Part shown: in pieces, positions 11,996-26,152 of the stretch
Position numbering within the stretch: the first letter of the stretch is position 1
How the letters are laid out: the number at the start of each line of letters is the position of its first letter
Assembly: GCA_000708835.1 (NCBI GenBank)
Contig: DF237019.1
Location: 175,900 to 239,899 of the forward strand
DNA length: 64,000 nt
From: Klebsormidium nitens
Taxonomy: Eukaryota > Plantae > Klebsormidiophyceae
Direction of reading: 5' to 3'
The notes under the pieces: model-generated
Databases searched by the model: none
Told to the model about the DNA's origin: nothing
The model's input: the letters and a program-made list of their open reading frames with translations, nothing else
Made by a program: the position numbers and the translations under genes

Positions 11996-14900
11996 ATGAT
12001 GTCAGCGGCGAAGCCAATGATGTCGGCCACTTCGGTGCACCACCTCCGAGCATCTCTAGCAGCACTCAGAACAGGCAGCCGCTTTAGACACTCCCAAATG
12101 CCACCACTTTTTCACCCGTTCTCCACATCAAAGTTTGTCGACCCTAGTTCCTCTGCCCTACCAGCAAGCTTTTTGGAAGGAGCCGCCACCTTCTTAAAAG
12201 CACCCCGGTCAGGAAAGAAGGACTGCATAATTAGAGCAATAGCGTCGTCGGCGGTGTCAAGTGCCGAGGCGGCAGTTGCAGAGAAGGGTGCTGACACGGC
12301 AAAACGACGGCCAAAGAAAGAGCCGTTGAGCACGAATGGTGGTGGAGGGGGAGAAAGTTCGGGGCCTTGGCTGTTGGTCGGCTTGGGAAATCCAGGGTCA
12401 AAGTACGCTGGCACGCGACACAACGTAAGAAGTGCAGAAGCCGAAGAATCTCAAGGCACGCTTTTATGTCCCAGCAAGAATGGCCAGCACTGTTTGTGCT
12501 GTTGGTGCATATCAAAAAGCTTCACCAGAGTAACCAGCTCAAAGATCTGCCTGGTTTAATTTCAGATACTTTCTTATTTCATGAGTCCATTTTTTGCAGA
12601 GTAGGATCAGCTGTCTTGATACTTAAGCGGCGTCCTGATCTTAGACTGTGGCGTTCAATATGTGGCCTAGCTTCCATGAAAAGTATACTTCTGAGCTTTC
12701 TCAGAGGGACAAGCCCTTCAGTCTCACCTGGTGAACAGATACAATCTACACAATTTGCTATTCGTGTCCGCGCATCATTATCATCGTCATTGACTTCCTA
12801 TGTTCCATCCTTCTGCATGTTATATTTCTTCGACGTCTTCTTTTCTTACTTCAGACGGCAGCTTCTCTACAACGCGCATTGCTGCCAATGGCGCTCTGAT
12901 CCTTCTCCTTCTTGATGAAGCTTTTCGGACCCAAGAATCGATTACTTTCTTCGAAGCCCCAGACATACATCAAAAGCGACCTGCCAACTACTTTGACCTT
13001 TCCAACTACTGAGACCAAGTCTTTATGCCGGCTTCATCAGAGACATAGGTCTCTGCTTCATTCAGGCAGTGTTTTTGTCAAATGACCAACCGGCCAGAAG
13101 TCGGAACAATAACATGGCAAAGAGTAATCTACTTTTCGTGGGCCCTGTAGGTCGGTTTCGAGCTTCTCGATGAGCTAGCTGCCTCAGAGGGGATCACCAT
13201 CGGCGAGACGAAGAACAAGGCCCTGATTGGGAAGGGGCGCATCGCAGGCACGCAGGTCGTTCTGGTGAAGCCACAGACGTTCATGAATCTGAGCGGGGAG
13301 TCGGTGGGGCCGCTCGCACGGTTCTTCAAGATTCCTGTAGAGAGAGTGCTCGTGGTGAGCTGTCCATGAATGCCATGGGATCCTTCCTTCCTTTCCATTC
13401 GACCCGTTTCATTTCTGCTTGCTTTCATTGTCGTTCTCTGGTCATGGATGTTGAGACTTGAGCGAGTGTGTTTTCCTGCCTTTTTGCGCTGTTGACAGAC
13501 GGGCGAATCGGAAGCAGAGGCAAGATTTGGGTCCAAACGTTGTGCAGCTGCCAGAAGAGACTTGCAAAATCAGAAGGTTTTGAGCGAGGTATGTGGCAAA
13601 ACGAAGCTGGACACGTGCAAGGGCAGCCGGAAGGTGGGCGCACAGTGGGTCAGTTCGCTGTATGTTGACCGCGAAAGGGACGCAAGCAGAATCATATGCA
13701 GTAAATAGTCATGCACCCGGGGTAAAAATAAGATTTACTAAGTATCGAATTCTCCGACTCGTGGTTGTGAAAATGGATACGAGAGTTCTAATCGATATTC
13801 TCGCCTCCGACTCTCGACTTTTGGAGAATCAATCAATCAATCACAAAGTGTAGGAAGTCAGAAACTGATGTCGGCGTGCTCGCGGCGATTTTACTGGTCA
13901 AAAATAGGATCTGCTGCATTTCACCCTGATCGATAGACCGAGATTTTGGCCACTAGCTTTCTCTCCTGAATCATGAGATTCCTAATCTAACAGCTCCATG
14001 TTTAAATCCGTACGTGCTGCTTGATAGTGGACCCAATAACGAGTAATCGAATGAAACCGCGGATTTTTTTCTCTCTCCCACTCGTTGTGTTGACCTGCAA
14101 GCGTAGATCGTCCTCATAGGCATCGCACAGTGCTTTTCTTTGCTGGTTTCCTATACGGGGCAGCACAGAGCCCGTGACTTTTGCGGAGGTTCGCAGCAGA
14201 CGAAATTCATCCGGTCCTACAATTACATACCAGAAAATGTAAGAAGTGTATGGTTCGTGATGAGAGTAGAGGAAGTCTGGAAGTCGGCGTGGGGGCCGCT
14301 CATGATGCTAGAATGGGCCACTATGTCGTCGCTTTGTATTTCATCCTACTGACAGTTATCGTTTTGACCGCTCCCCACTCTAAGGTCGTGTGAGCGAAAC
14401 CTTGACTCGTCGTTCCGTTCCCATTCCGCTAGGTGTACGACGACCTGGACACAGAAACAGCGGAGCTCCGGTTGAAAATGAAGGGCGGCCATGGGGGCCA
14501 CAACGGAATGCGGAGCATCATCCAACATTTTAGCGGCAGTCAAGCCTTCCCCCGCTTGCGAATAGGCATCGGTCGCCCTCCGGGGAAGATGCCGGTCGAG
14601 CGATACGTGTTGACGCCTTTCACGGCCAAGGAAAAAGAGGAGGTACGAGTACGGCGTGGTTTTTCTTGTTTCGTAGTTTTGTTGATGCGGTTGTTTACTG
14701 CTTATTTGAAGTCTCCTAGCTGCTGTTTTTACTCCTCAATTTCGACGAAAGGGAACCCTTTTTCCTTTTGCCACCTGGTGCACTCAGATCGGCTCGGAGG
14801 AGACAGCAATTTCAATAGGCCCATCTTTTGAACCGCGGGTGTGGAAACCGTGGAAGCCTTTTCATGTCGTTCCCCTCTATCGATACTGTGCTACTTCAAT

Positions 14901-15523
14901 CTCCGAGTTCACGTAGTTCCAGCGGAGTAGAAGAGGCCAGAAACGGGTTATGCGGGTCGCTTCCAGTCAATTGCCGGCCGTTTGCGTTTGCAGTTGCTTT
15001 AATACGTTTTTGGAATGAAATCCCGAAGTTGTTTTCCACCTTATCAATGTTGCTGTCTGGGACCGGAGAAACACTTTCCAGTCTTCTTCTGCTGTTTGTA
15101 AACTGCGCACCTGCATATCGAGCACCAGCGCACTTGTCATTAATGCGACACTCTGAAACATGACCCCTAGACTGCAGGAGACTCTGCGGTTGCATGTCTC
15201 AAACAGTTGTATTGGCCACAACCCCTGGTTCCGCTCGCTGGTACATTGAAATCGGTACCCTAAAACCGGTCCCTTAGAGAATCCGAATGGGGTTGTCCAC
15301 TCTTTGTTGTCGGAGAAGAAGGACGTTTCCTGATCGTGCATCTTGTGCGTTCTTATCTTTTCGTTGACTCCGTTCAAGTCGCTTTAGTAAGAGCGTTGCT
15401 TTTCTGATGTCTGTGTAGATTGCCGTTTCGATGGTGAGGGGCTCGGACGCGATAAGAGCGGTGCTCTCCGAGGGAATCGAACGTGCAGTTTCGCAATGGA
15501 ACGGCGCTCGAGTGAAGGTCTAG
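11996..15523 (+). CDS. PTH: Peptidyl-tRNA hydrolase (Pth/CRS2 family) with N-terminal transit peptide; 4 exons
   Basis: Exons 11996-12424, 13151-13354, 14433-14642, 15419-15523, all phase 0. Motifs: LLVGLGNPG...TRHN|[40 protein letters not shown]. Confidence 0.93.
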
Positions 15524-17232
15524 GTGATTTTTTAGCAGCCAGTTTGTTTGGCTGCAAGACGAAGTGCGGCTAGGTAGAGGCCCGTCCGTACTTTTCGCCT
15601 CAGAACTTGGACCATTTTTCAAACAGGGTCAGGGGGATACTAGAGAGATGCCTTGGTTGGACATTTTTTCAAACAGTCCGACGAATGTAAGTCATGCTCA
15701 ACCGATTGAGTCGGGCGTATGTTGTCGAATTCTGATGGGCTCCTGGCTATCACCAACACTTGGTCGTGTATGTACTACTCCGATACTTTATTTGTCTGAT
15801 CCCAGCTCATCCATGGGTACCGTCATGGTATGATTGCAGTCCGGATCGATGCCTGCAACGTTACTTAGTAATGGAAATTCCCCTGCATGCGGTGAATCCA
15901 CGGTTACTTCTTTTCTGCATATGATTGCGATGTACAACCTCACTGCCGAACCGAACAATCACGGGCTCTTAGTCAAGTTCCATTCGTGCCAGAGGGGAAC
16001 GATGGCTTCCTCATGCAATAGCATGGTAGCTTCCTTGATCAATCTTTGCTTCTACCTTGTTGCTTCTGCCTTGACAGGCATTGCCAAACGTCTTTGAGCT
16101 AGGGCCGCCCAATGCATCAGCGTGCTTCTTCTTTCCAGACCGGCGAGGGCCGCAGTTGTCCTCGTGAGTCGTGAAGGAAGGTGCATTTATGCTGTGGCGT
16201 CATCTGTCAGACGTCCGAGCTTCCGGGCACGAGCGATGCGTGACATCTGAAAAGGGTGACATCAACGCCGCCGGTGCCCGGCCCATTGGCATACGTTTGC
16301 TAGTATTAAAGCAGTTGAGTTTGACACTGAGAGACATCAAGCATTGATGACCAAAGCATGTTCGAAGTAACTCATCCCGACTGTCAAGGTATGCCGCCGA
16401 TATGAAGGCCCTCATCAGTGGTACGTTGTGCCCGTTTTCATGCAAGGTTGGCTCGAGAGCTAAGATCAGGATCGACGGAGACGCAGCTTCTTGTGAAACA
16501 CTGGACTCTGGAGTAGGCCTATTAGCAAGTCCACAGAGCGACAGGAATGGTCCGTACACTTGTAGACCACAGGGTTGCTTCACACAGAATCCGATCGTCG
16601 ATCATCCGATCATCCGAAAGATATGATCAAAGATAATCACTTTGATTTTCCACCCCAAAAGAGCTGACGTGCCAGCTGGCATTGGTCAGACGAAGTCAGC
16701 GGGTCCCTTCATGCAGGAACTTGCTTCTACAGTAGCTGCGAAGCTTGGCGACATTGCGCAAGCCAGCAGCTGAAGAAATTTTGGTTGGAGACGCGTCTGC
16801 GCACTGCTAAAAGCACTCGCTGCAATTTGCCTGGCAGCATTGCTCAGTCAGCCGGCTGTCTGCGGCGCAAAGGAAATCACGGGTGGTTGAAGATGGTGAT
16901 TACAAGCACCTGCTGCAGTGGGCGAAGAAGCGAAGCTGCTGCAGCGTAGAAAACAGCAGGATTTGAGTTGAAGAAAGTGTTTGCACACGATTGAAAGCAT
17001 TTGCTGCGATGTGCAGATTAAGCAGGCTTTTGAGGGAGAATCACGTCAATGGAGAAGCAGTTAGCCGTCTGCACTATGACCGTTTAAGCGGACTAGCCAT
17101 TGGAATGCGTGTTCTGACGAGAAGTCTAGGCCTGGTCGAGACCTTCTGTCTTTTGAGGGCAATGTAAACAAGGTGTTGGGGTTGGAAGTGGGTTTGGTGG
17201 CGGGTTTGGAGGAAAACAGGGCGGACTTAAAG

Positions 17233-20200
17233 ATGGATTGCAGAGGCAATGGGGCGGGCGTTGAGACTTCAGCGGCAAGAGGCGAAAATCAAATGGGCAT
17301 AGGAGAAGCTGAGCCCAGCGCGAAGAAGTTGCACGCTGATGCTGAGCGTGACATGCACTCTTCAGCGAGCGGCCACGTGTCCATCAGCGTGCATCAGCTG
17401 GTAACTAGGGAGGGGACAATTCGTGTCAGGAGCGAAGACGCCGCTCCGGCAGCAGAGACGCACTATGTGATGTTGATCCATGGAACTTTCTCGCGCCCTG
17501 ACTTTAAGGGGAAACCAAATTGGTTCTGGCCTGACCCGGACAAAGGTAACAAGGACAATTTTGCGAATCATTTGGCGGAGTTGCTTGGGGGGGGGGAGCT
17601 TGGAGAGGAGTCGGTATGGAGAACGCTGCTCGAGCCTGAGCTGCTCCCCAGCCGACTGAGGTACCCGTTCTATTGGGACGGGAGTAATACGGACCAGGGG
17701 CGGAAGGAGGGTGAGCATTCTCTCTCCTTCACAACTTTCTTGTTCTTGATTTTTAGTGCCTCTTCTTGAGTTCCATCTCCTTACGCTTTTTCGTTCATGA
17801 AGCTGTGACTTCTTTCCATGTCCCCTTCTAACCTCGACCCATTTGATAAGCTCAATATCAAGAAACATCGCGTTGTGACAGCTTTTGGTAGTGTGATCAG
17901 GTTTCCAAGCTGGTACTAGGAGTTGGAATCAATCCCACTTGAAAATGTGCACTGTCCTCTCTCCAGCTCGACATTTGAAGGGTCGTAATGGATCTAGACA
18001 AAGTGGATCTGGACTGCGGAATTGACATGGCTTTGAGTGAACGTATGACCAGCATCTAGAACCCATCGTCGTTCATCTAAAAGTTAGGCTAGAGAGGCAA
18101 CTGGGGATACCTAAGGAGGGCAGAGAGTTCCCTCTGCGCTTTGCACGACGTTGCCAAGTAAGCAACTTTTTGCGTGAGGCACGTGCATGCTTGTGTTGCG
18201 AGTACATTCCAAAGAATACGCTGGCGAGCAGCTTCGTCATCAGCAATGCCGATGCGTCGAATGACCCTCGGAGATCGGCAAATTTCCGGCGAGTGCAAGC
18301 TTTTGTTGCATCACCTTTATGCTGGAACCTGCTACCACGACTGAAAAGCGCAAATTCTTCTTGGCAAACTTGTATGCTTTCGATGTCCAGCCAGCTGAAG
18401 CTACGACTTCCCAAGTCAATCAGATGCCTTTCAAAAAGTTTGGATACTAGTGAGGTGACAAAAGAAAATTCCACGCTCTGCAGGCGCGTGGTACCTGGCA
18501 AGACTGATCCGCCACGTTGCCAACAAGGACCCCTCCGCTCGAGTCCACCTCGTCTGCCATTCACACGGAGGAAACGTCGCACTCAAGGTGGGTGTAAAAA
18601 GGCACAGATCTGGTTCCAAGAGACTCCTGACTCTAATTGAATCCAGGTGTTTCATGGTACGCTTGTGACTCAACAATTTTGCCCACCAGATAGATGCAGA
18701 AACGCTGAGCCATCTGGGGAGGGCATTCACATTTCTTAAACTAGTTGTCTCGTTCGGGGAGGCCATCCAAAATTTCCAGAGGCCTTGTTTCATCCGGCGA
18801 GGCCACTGAAGTTTCCGCTGATACTTTGGTGGTGAGTGGGGCACTCGGGAATCCTGATCCACGTACTAGACAGTTGTTGTTTCCAGAAAGAACAGCTTGT
18901 TCGTTACAGGCAGGCCAGCTAACACACCGGGAACACGAGCCCGGAGTGAAAGTTTTGCTATCCATTCGAAACTGGGGTTCCCAATTGTTCGCACGTAGAA
19001 CACAACATCGTCGGCTTCTCGCCTCGGTTGATAATGGACTATGATCTGCAGCCAGATTCGAAGAACTATCTGGTAAACACACGAGCGGACGCAATAATTC
19101 CAAGGGAAATTAGATTTCTATACGTGTCTGCAGACCATCAAGCAGTGCGTCGAGAAGCTGAAGTTCATCCCTCGACTCGAAACCGGACAACTCTAACAAA
19201 CGAGTGGAACAGCTTTTGTCAGATTTGAAAAGAAAGTAATTATTCAGAAAAGCGCCACGTTTTTGCATGTGTTCACAGGCTATGGAGCAGTACATCGAGA
19301 CCTGTTGACTCGATGACCGACTACCGGTAATGAGCGCGTGGAACAGCTCTTGCCAGATTTGAACGAAGTATCTGCTAAAAATGCGGTACTTCTCTACATG
19401 CGTCTTCAGGCCATCGAGCAGTACATCGAGAAGCTGGAGTCGTCGAGCTGCGAGGCGGATTGCCCGGAGACAGTGCGCGCGCGTTTTCAAGAGGCGCACA
19501 AACCGCGTGCGGACGAGATCGCGCACTGGCGGCGGGTCGAGGACGTGTCGTGGTGGGCGGCACTGAACCCGTTCCTGGTCGTCAAGCGAGGGCGCAAAGG
19601 TGGGGCGCCAAAATGTTTCTGCTCTAGTTCTTCAATATTTTACTAACTTTGAGTGTGGCGGCTTGAGCCGAGAAGTGCAAGATATGCTGCCCCGGCTGAA
19701 GAGCCCAGTCAGCTTTGATTGGATCCGGGGCGTTGCGCGTTGTGGGAAGCTTAGCTTTGCCAGGAAGAACGTTAATGCGTTTTGTTGGTCCATTCTTGAT
19801 CAGAATTCAGTGCTTGTAAGTGAACAGAAAGGGGAAAGGGAGGTCTTTGAGAATCTCTTGGCCCTCCAAACGGTTTGCTACGTCTAAAATGATTGCCCCC
19901 GACTCGGCCACGCGATTATGCAGAAGTGGGCTGTCCATGCCAGCTGCTTGTCGAACGAATCCGGAGAAGATTCGTAATGCTTGACCTCAAATAGCGACCC
20001 CAAAGCTCGACAATCATGTATTCGTTCGCCGAGAATGGCGTCGCAGTACTATTTTTTCGAGCGCTCGGCGCTGCTTTCCTCTACAATCACGTTGAGATTG
20101 AACCCAGCGAGTAAACCCAACGAGTAAAGCCAACGAGTACACTCAACGAGTAAACCCAAAAGCCAGTATTTCTTGCAGGCGAGAGTGGCGCGGAGGAGCG

Positions 20201-23200
20201 GTACTCGTGGGGCTACCACCGGGTGACGGACGCGGCGTTGGGCTTGGGGAAGCGGAGAAAGAAACGGTACCTCGCTAACAGGTGAGCAAAAAGTATGTGC
20301 GGGACCGGTTTCTGTATTATGCGCAGTAAAAGCGCCGTCTTCACTGCGTCGGAGAGAACTGGTCAGCACGAGAGGGTATCGCTGAGTTCTGGCCGGTAGA
20401 CAAGCTTAATCTTTGAGCTTCTGTGGATGATTGCCTCTCTCAATCTTGTTCGCGTTTGGAATCTGGCGTTCTTGGCTTGTGGGCAAGTCCGCTTGCCGGA
20501 TTCAAAGGACTCCCGAGTGCGTGTTTGACGTTTTATGGATCGGTCCCTTTGAATACATTCGGTCTGCCGAAGATTGCTCGAGAAGAAAGCAAGCGACGGC
20601 TCCCGTCTTCATCGTTCCTACCAATGTTCTGGCGCGAAAAGCGCCGATGTGATCATGTGAACAGAAGTTTAGGTATGCTACTATTCTGCCTGACCGGCTC
20701 AACTCGGCGGGTTCAGTCGTAAAGGTGACCACACAGTGCTAAATATTATTGTCAATATCCCGCTGGCTGTGATGGGCTCAATCTGAGGAAACCCCTCACG
20801 CATCCACCTATTTCTGAGGCCAAAACATCTGCCGCTTGGGTCAATAAAAAGGTTCTACGCGCAGCGTTCTACTAGAGCTTCAAAAGTCTTCTGACGTCAA
20901 CTTTCCTTCCTTTTCAAAGGTTCAGTGTTCGGTTGCCAAGAACGGTTTCCAGTGTGAAATTCACCTTCCGCAAAGAGGGTCCAGTTTTCGGCTTGCCTCT
21001 AGCGCGATGTATCAGCTTACCTCCGTGACGTGAAGGGCTGGACAGTGCTACAGGGCAGTCTCTAAGTTGCGCGGATGTTTTTCACAAGGAGTGTCCAAAT
21101 TCCGCTGTTTTTGCCTCTTGACAAGTCATAGCGTCCGGATTAGCCGTGTACTTTGGTGGTGCGGGTTGAAAGATGTTACCGCTTTGCTTACGGCAATTTC
21201 TGTTGTAGCGCGACACTGCTACAAGTCTGGCTCACCATCAATAGCTCTCCAAATGCTCTTTGGCTTCCTTCAAACCCTGACAAAGCGTTTGCCTTCTTTT
21301 GTGCTTCGCTTCCTAGTCCTCGAGATTCACATGCTATGAAGGTTGAAGTGCAAGAATTGATTGTAAGAATTACGTCTTGTGTGGGCAATGATTCGGCCTG
21401 CTCTGAGATGCTCCTCTCAGACCTTCGTAGTGTTGTGAAGCCCTCGAACACGAATTGATCAGGCGCTTTGAGCCGCAGCCGTCACGTGTCAATATTGAGC
21501 ACCTTGATTGCCTCCTGAAAGTATAGGCACCCAGCAAAAACCGAGGAACACAAGTATTGCTGCCCTGAAAAGTTGGCAGAATCAATCACTTCTCGTGACC
21601 TGCGTCAGCCGCAGCGTCTGGTTGTCGGCCAATTGGCCCTGGCGGCGATTGTGTCTTCGTCCTGCTCATGGTTCCTTCTTGTTGGGCTTGCACTTGATGG
21701 GAGCATGCAAAAGAACCTGGTGAGTTTGGGGTCGACAATGGAATCAACAAGGGCCTGACTTTCAGTTAAGAAACCACTTTTCTTCTGAACGTTACACGAA
21801 GCCCCACGCTCCCAGGAATGCCTTTTGTCTTGATCCGACTGAGAAAACTTGTCACGTTGATCGGTTTGGAAATTGACCGGCACGATCCAAGCCGTGAACT
21901 CGCCATTCTGCCACTTCCAACAGCTTCGCCGCTCCCGCTACGCAAAATTTCCTTCTTGCGAAATCTCCATATCGCCACATGCAGAACCCTAAGGTTCTTT
22001 TGTTAGAGCAGCGACAAACGGGTTATAAATCTGCCGGAACGATCCAGATTGTACGTCCAACGTCTTCCCTTCTCCTTTTCGAGCTTTCGAATCTTGCGAC
22101 GGGCTTTTCGAATCGGATCCGGGCGGCTATGATACATTTCTTGTGACATATCCATTTCAAGGGTGGGTAAGGTATTGAAATTGATGCCGGTCTGTCAAAT
22201 GCAATGGGACTATCTCAAATAGCCTATTTCAGTTCGAGCAGGCGAAGAAGTGTATGTCGCTACTTGGTCCGTGGAAGCAAAAACCTTAGAAAATTCGAGC
22301 GTTTCTGATGCTTTGGTCTCTTTGGTCAAAAAGAAGGATCAAAAGCAGTCGACGGACGTCAGCTTGCTGTTCTACGGGTTTCGAGGACGCACTCTCAACT
22401 ATGGTCAAAAGAGCTTGGTTTTGGCGTGTAGTTGAACAAGCGCGGTTTCATTCTGCGCGCTTGAGGCTCGTAACGGCGGTGATGACGCACTGTGCTGTGG
22501 GAAATTCTTCCCAAGCTTGGTGGATCTGGTCTTGACGCCCTCAAGAATCGCTTTGCTGCTTGTTTTCGACCAGTTCCTTGGGTTTCTCAGAACTCATTTC
22601 AACCGACCCATTCCAGCTCCCTTTCGCGCCGTTGATACATCAAAGACTGTTGACCCTATGCCCTTGATAGGGCCTTTTGCGCCTTCCAGCTGCAAGCACG
22701 GTAAAAGGAAGATAGCAAGACAAAGGGATCTCATGCAAGCCGCTTCGCCACCTCCTTGCGGGATCCGCAAGTTCTCGAAAAAGACCCCATGCACAGCGCT
22801 GGACGCACGTACGTTACTTCCCGGCGACCATCTCAGTTGCGGGCCCGCTCGCGATTGCGCCACTCTAGTTCGCGCGCGCGGATTGCTCCGCCAATACCCG
22901 CTGAAACGTGGGCAGCACTTTATCTTGGCGCGCAGCTTGGAATTTGATCTGTCTGCCAGTCTGGTTGAACGCCGGAGAGGCTTCGATGTCGCCGATTCTT
23001 GCAAACTCAATCTTACGTACGTGGCAATGAGGAATGGTCTTCTGAGGTACTTCTTCAGGGAGATGTCACTGGTAACCCCGATGTCGCTGATTTTCCCGGA
23101 AAACCTGACGCTTCCGCACTTGTCGAGCACGGCATCCGCTAGTTGGTTTATTTCCTCAGAGGGCCGGTTTCGTTTTGCTGTGTGCATGTCGTTTGGCACT

Positions 23201-26152
23201 CGGAACTGGGCAGGCTCAATGGCGCGTGCGGCCCTGAAGTCTGATTGATATGGCAACAAGAGCGAGTAGCTTTTGCCGACCCCCGTAGGCCTTCACCTTT
23301 CTCCTGCTTTTATTACTTGTCCTGTCTTCCTCAGTGTTCGCCGCTCGCCGAGCTTGCCTCTCACTATTTCGGTTCAATCTCCAGCAAAGCTACTTCACAC
23401 AGCTTGGTTGGATGGTAGATCAAATGTCTCACCGCATATGAAGAACGCTCTGTGGGCCCTTAAGTTGCAATTGCAGCGCATGAACCTCTCCGATTGCGTT
23501 CCTCGTTTACCGTAGAAGTTTTCGGGGGATCTGTAAGCAAGTGAGGATCGCGAAGTGAGGACCTTCTGCCTTGGCATTTGTGCAACCGTTCTGCTTTGTT
23601 TCGCGTGTACTCTTTTCCTCGTAATTTGACGTCAAGGCTTGTCTGCCACGTCATCCAGAACACCACCCGATTTGAGATTTCGAGCGTGGCTTTACTGCGA
23701 CTTTCAGACAAGCATACGCGCCAGTGGTCAATGCAGGGTGCCCTGCAAATCTCAACCCCGGCTCTGCAGATGATGAGTAATGCTGAATCTGATTTTTCCC
23801 CGACTTGAGCTCTTTTTCCAAACGGTGTATTTCGTAGCTTTGAAGTCTATCAATGGTCATTATCCCGCGTCAGCTGTATCAGGCAAACAAGTCTTTGCAT
23901 GAGGATCGGCACCCTGATCGACCTCACCTCAGCTTTGCGATCAAGCAAGCTCCTTGAAACAGATGCTGGTCGGCTTCTTGAAAAGAACGGAGTTAAACCA
24001 CACAACGCCTTAGTACGTCTCCGCGGGATGTGGCCGCGATATTGTGGCAGTTTGACGAACCTCACTCAGGGCGGAAAGGCGTCTCTCATAGATCGCGAGA
24101 AAGTCTTGAGGATAAGCTCGACCGTCGTCAGTCATGAGGCATATTGTTTCGTCCCGAACTCCCTACGCAATTTGCTCCTCCCTATTTGAATGGCACTCAT
24201 TGGCAAAGTCGCCCTATTCTCCGCTTTGTGACACTACTGGCGTCCCCCCTTTTCCCTTTCCGCGGGCGCATGACGTCATTCCTGACCAACGCCCTCAGCA
24301 AGGCCGCGTCCTCTTCCCCCTCTACCACAGATTCGGCTGACCTCACCCCCTTTTTCTTTCTGCAGGCGCATGACGTCACCGGTGACCAACGCCCTCGGCA
24401 AGGTCGTCTTCCTGGGCACGCCCTTCTACTACAAGGAGTGGGCGCGATACGCTATCCCCAAGATCCTTCTCTCGCTCTTCCTCTCGTTCGTCGGCGGCTT
24501 CTGTCTCGTCTGGCTCGGAGTCGGCATCCGCAATTTCGCCAGCAAGGACGAGCTGACGTCATCGCAGCGGCGGATCGTGGTCTACGTGGCGATCGGAGTG
24601 GCGGCGCTGCTGTTTCTAACGAACCTGGCGTCGTTCGCCGGGAAGACGCTATTCCGGAGCGGCAACATGTACCACTCCAACAAGGTACGGACCGCACACA
24701 AAGGTTTACCCATTCTCACTCGAGTTCTTTCTGTTCCTTGTCTGTTGATCCTGGGACGAAGGAACGTCTGAGCGAAAAGTGGAGACAACTTTACGAGGGC
24801 ATTCTGTGGAGGCCAATCAAGAACCCATCTTTCTTTGAGTCTGAGCAAAACTCAGCTCATGCCTCGCTCCCTTTTACGTCGAACTTCAAGAGTTGAATTC
24901 GATTTGAAGGCCAGACAAGAAGAAGCTACTCTAGTGAACACCACAGATGAAGAAGAAAGAAGAACTTCTATGCACCAAGTGGAGGTGTAGGTCTTGTCCC
25001 ACCTCGTGCAAAAGCACGAAGACGCCAAAAACTGCTTCTGAAAACCGACCTGGGAAAAGGACCAGACGTTTCAAAACGGAGTCCGGACCAACCAGATAAA
25101 AGTCAAAACTAGTGCTGAAACAACTGCTCTCGCCTTGCCAGGTCCCGTGGTCCCCCGCGCAGCACGCCCTGGTGATCAAGGCCGGCAAGCTGGACGAGGC
25201 CGCGCTCGCACTGTGCGCGGAGCCGGCCGCGCGCGCGTTCCTCCTCCCCATGGTCAAGCAGGCCACCGCCCACATCGGCTTCGTCGCCTTCCCGCCGCGG
25301 CCGCGCCACGGCGCGCGCGCGGCCGCGTGGGCGCTCTATGTCGTGGAGTGCCTCCACGCGGTCTTGTTGAACGTCATCCTGCTCCTGCCACGTGTCCTTG
25401 TCTGGCTGGCCAGCAAGCTGATCGTGAAGAGCGCGTTCGCCATGGTGCGTGACGTCATCGTCTCGATCTCGTTTGGGCTCGACGCGGCCGACCTGAAGAA
25501 CGCGAACGTGTACGTGGAAGAGACGCTGGTTCTCGGGGGATGCCCCCGGGACATCCGCACGTGGGACGTTCGCAAGCTGCTGGCGCGAGCGGAGCTCGGG
25601 GCGGCGTCCCGGGCGTTCAGCGAGGGGGTGGCCGCGGCCGGCTCAGGGGAGTGCGCGGCGCGTGCGCGCGCGCAGTTCGAGGGCGCGGACGAAATACGAA
25701 GCGTCAACGGCAAACATGAGAGCATCATGAAACGGGGAAAGTCAGGCGGTTCCGGAAAGAGTGAGGCGTTCGACGTGGAAGCCGGGAACTCTGCCACGTC
25801 AGAGGGGTATCCCTCCCTGGAGCGGGAGGCGTCCGTGTCCGTGTCCGAGAGCGCGTACACGTTCCTGTGGGACGACGACGAGCTGCGCGCGCGCTCGGAC
25901 GCGTCCGTGATGTTCGCGCGGCTGCGCGCGCAGATGCCGCGCATCGACCACTCGCCGCGGCTGACGCCGCGCGAGTTCGCGCGCGAGGTGCGCAGCATTT
26001 GCTGCGTGTTCGAGGCGCGCTTCCACGAGGTCCGCAATCATTTGCAGCTGGCGCATGCGACGTATTACCAGAACCCGGTGATCGTCGGCGCTATGGTGCG
26101 CTTTCTAAACACCGCGGAGGCGCCCCCCGAAGCGCAGGAGTGTAAAGCATGA
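17233..26152 (+). CDS. Alpha/beta hydrolase (lipase/esterase-like) with transmembrane insert, paralog A; 6 exons
   Basis: Exons 17233-17710, 18484-18587, 19410-19599, 20179-20281, 24366-24684, 25142-26152 join in frame. Motifs: LIHGTF, FYWDGSN, nucleophile CHSHGGN, VFLGTPF, KLDEA, C-terminal LAHATYY. Confidence 0.88.
19122..19409 (+). repeat. Two tandem echoes (about 140-150 bp units) of the acceptor plus start of hydrolase A exon 3
   Basis: CAG|ACCATCAAGCAGTGCGTCGAGAAGCTG (about 19130) and CAG|GCTATGGAGCAGTACATCGAG (about 19276), versus the real CAG|GCCATCGAGCAGTACATCGAGAAGCTG. Both units share gtggaacagct..g.cagatttgaa. Confidence 0.85.
20400..24170. mobile_element. Insertion of about 3.4-3.8 kb of degraded coding-like sequence in hydrolase A intron 4 (possible TE relic)
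   Basis: This intron is 4084 bp versus 739 bp in paralog B. It contains broken minus-strand ORFs (e.g. 22594-23259). No termini or transposase/RT motifs recognised. Confidence 0.3.
24185..24365 (+). repeat. Echo(es) of the start of hydrolase A exon 5
   Basis: ggcgcatgacgtcattcctgaccaacgccctcagcaaggcc (about 24266-24306) versus the real ggcgcatgacgtcaccggtgaccaacgccctcggcaaggtc. A weaker copy lies at about 24192. Confidence 0.8.

Noticed and set aside
15564-16626. Short ORFs after PTH suggesting a degraded gene
   Set aside because: Stops on both strands, no motif or splice structure I can support.
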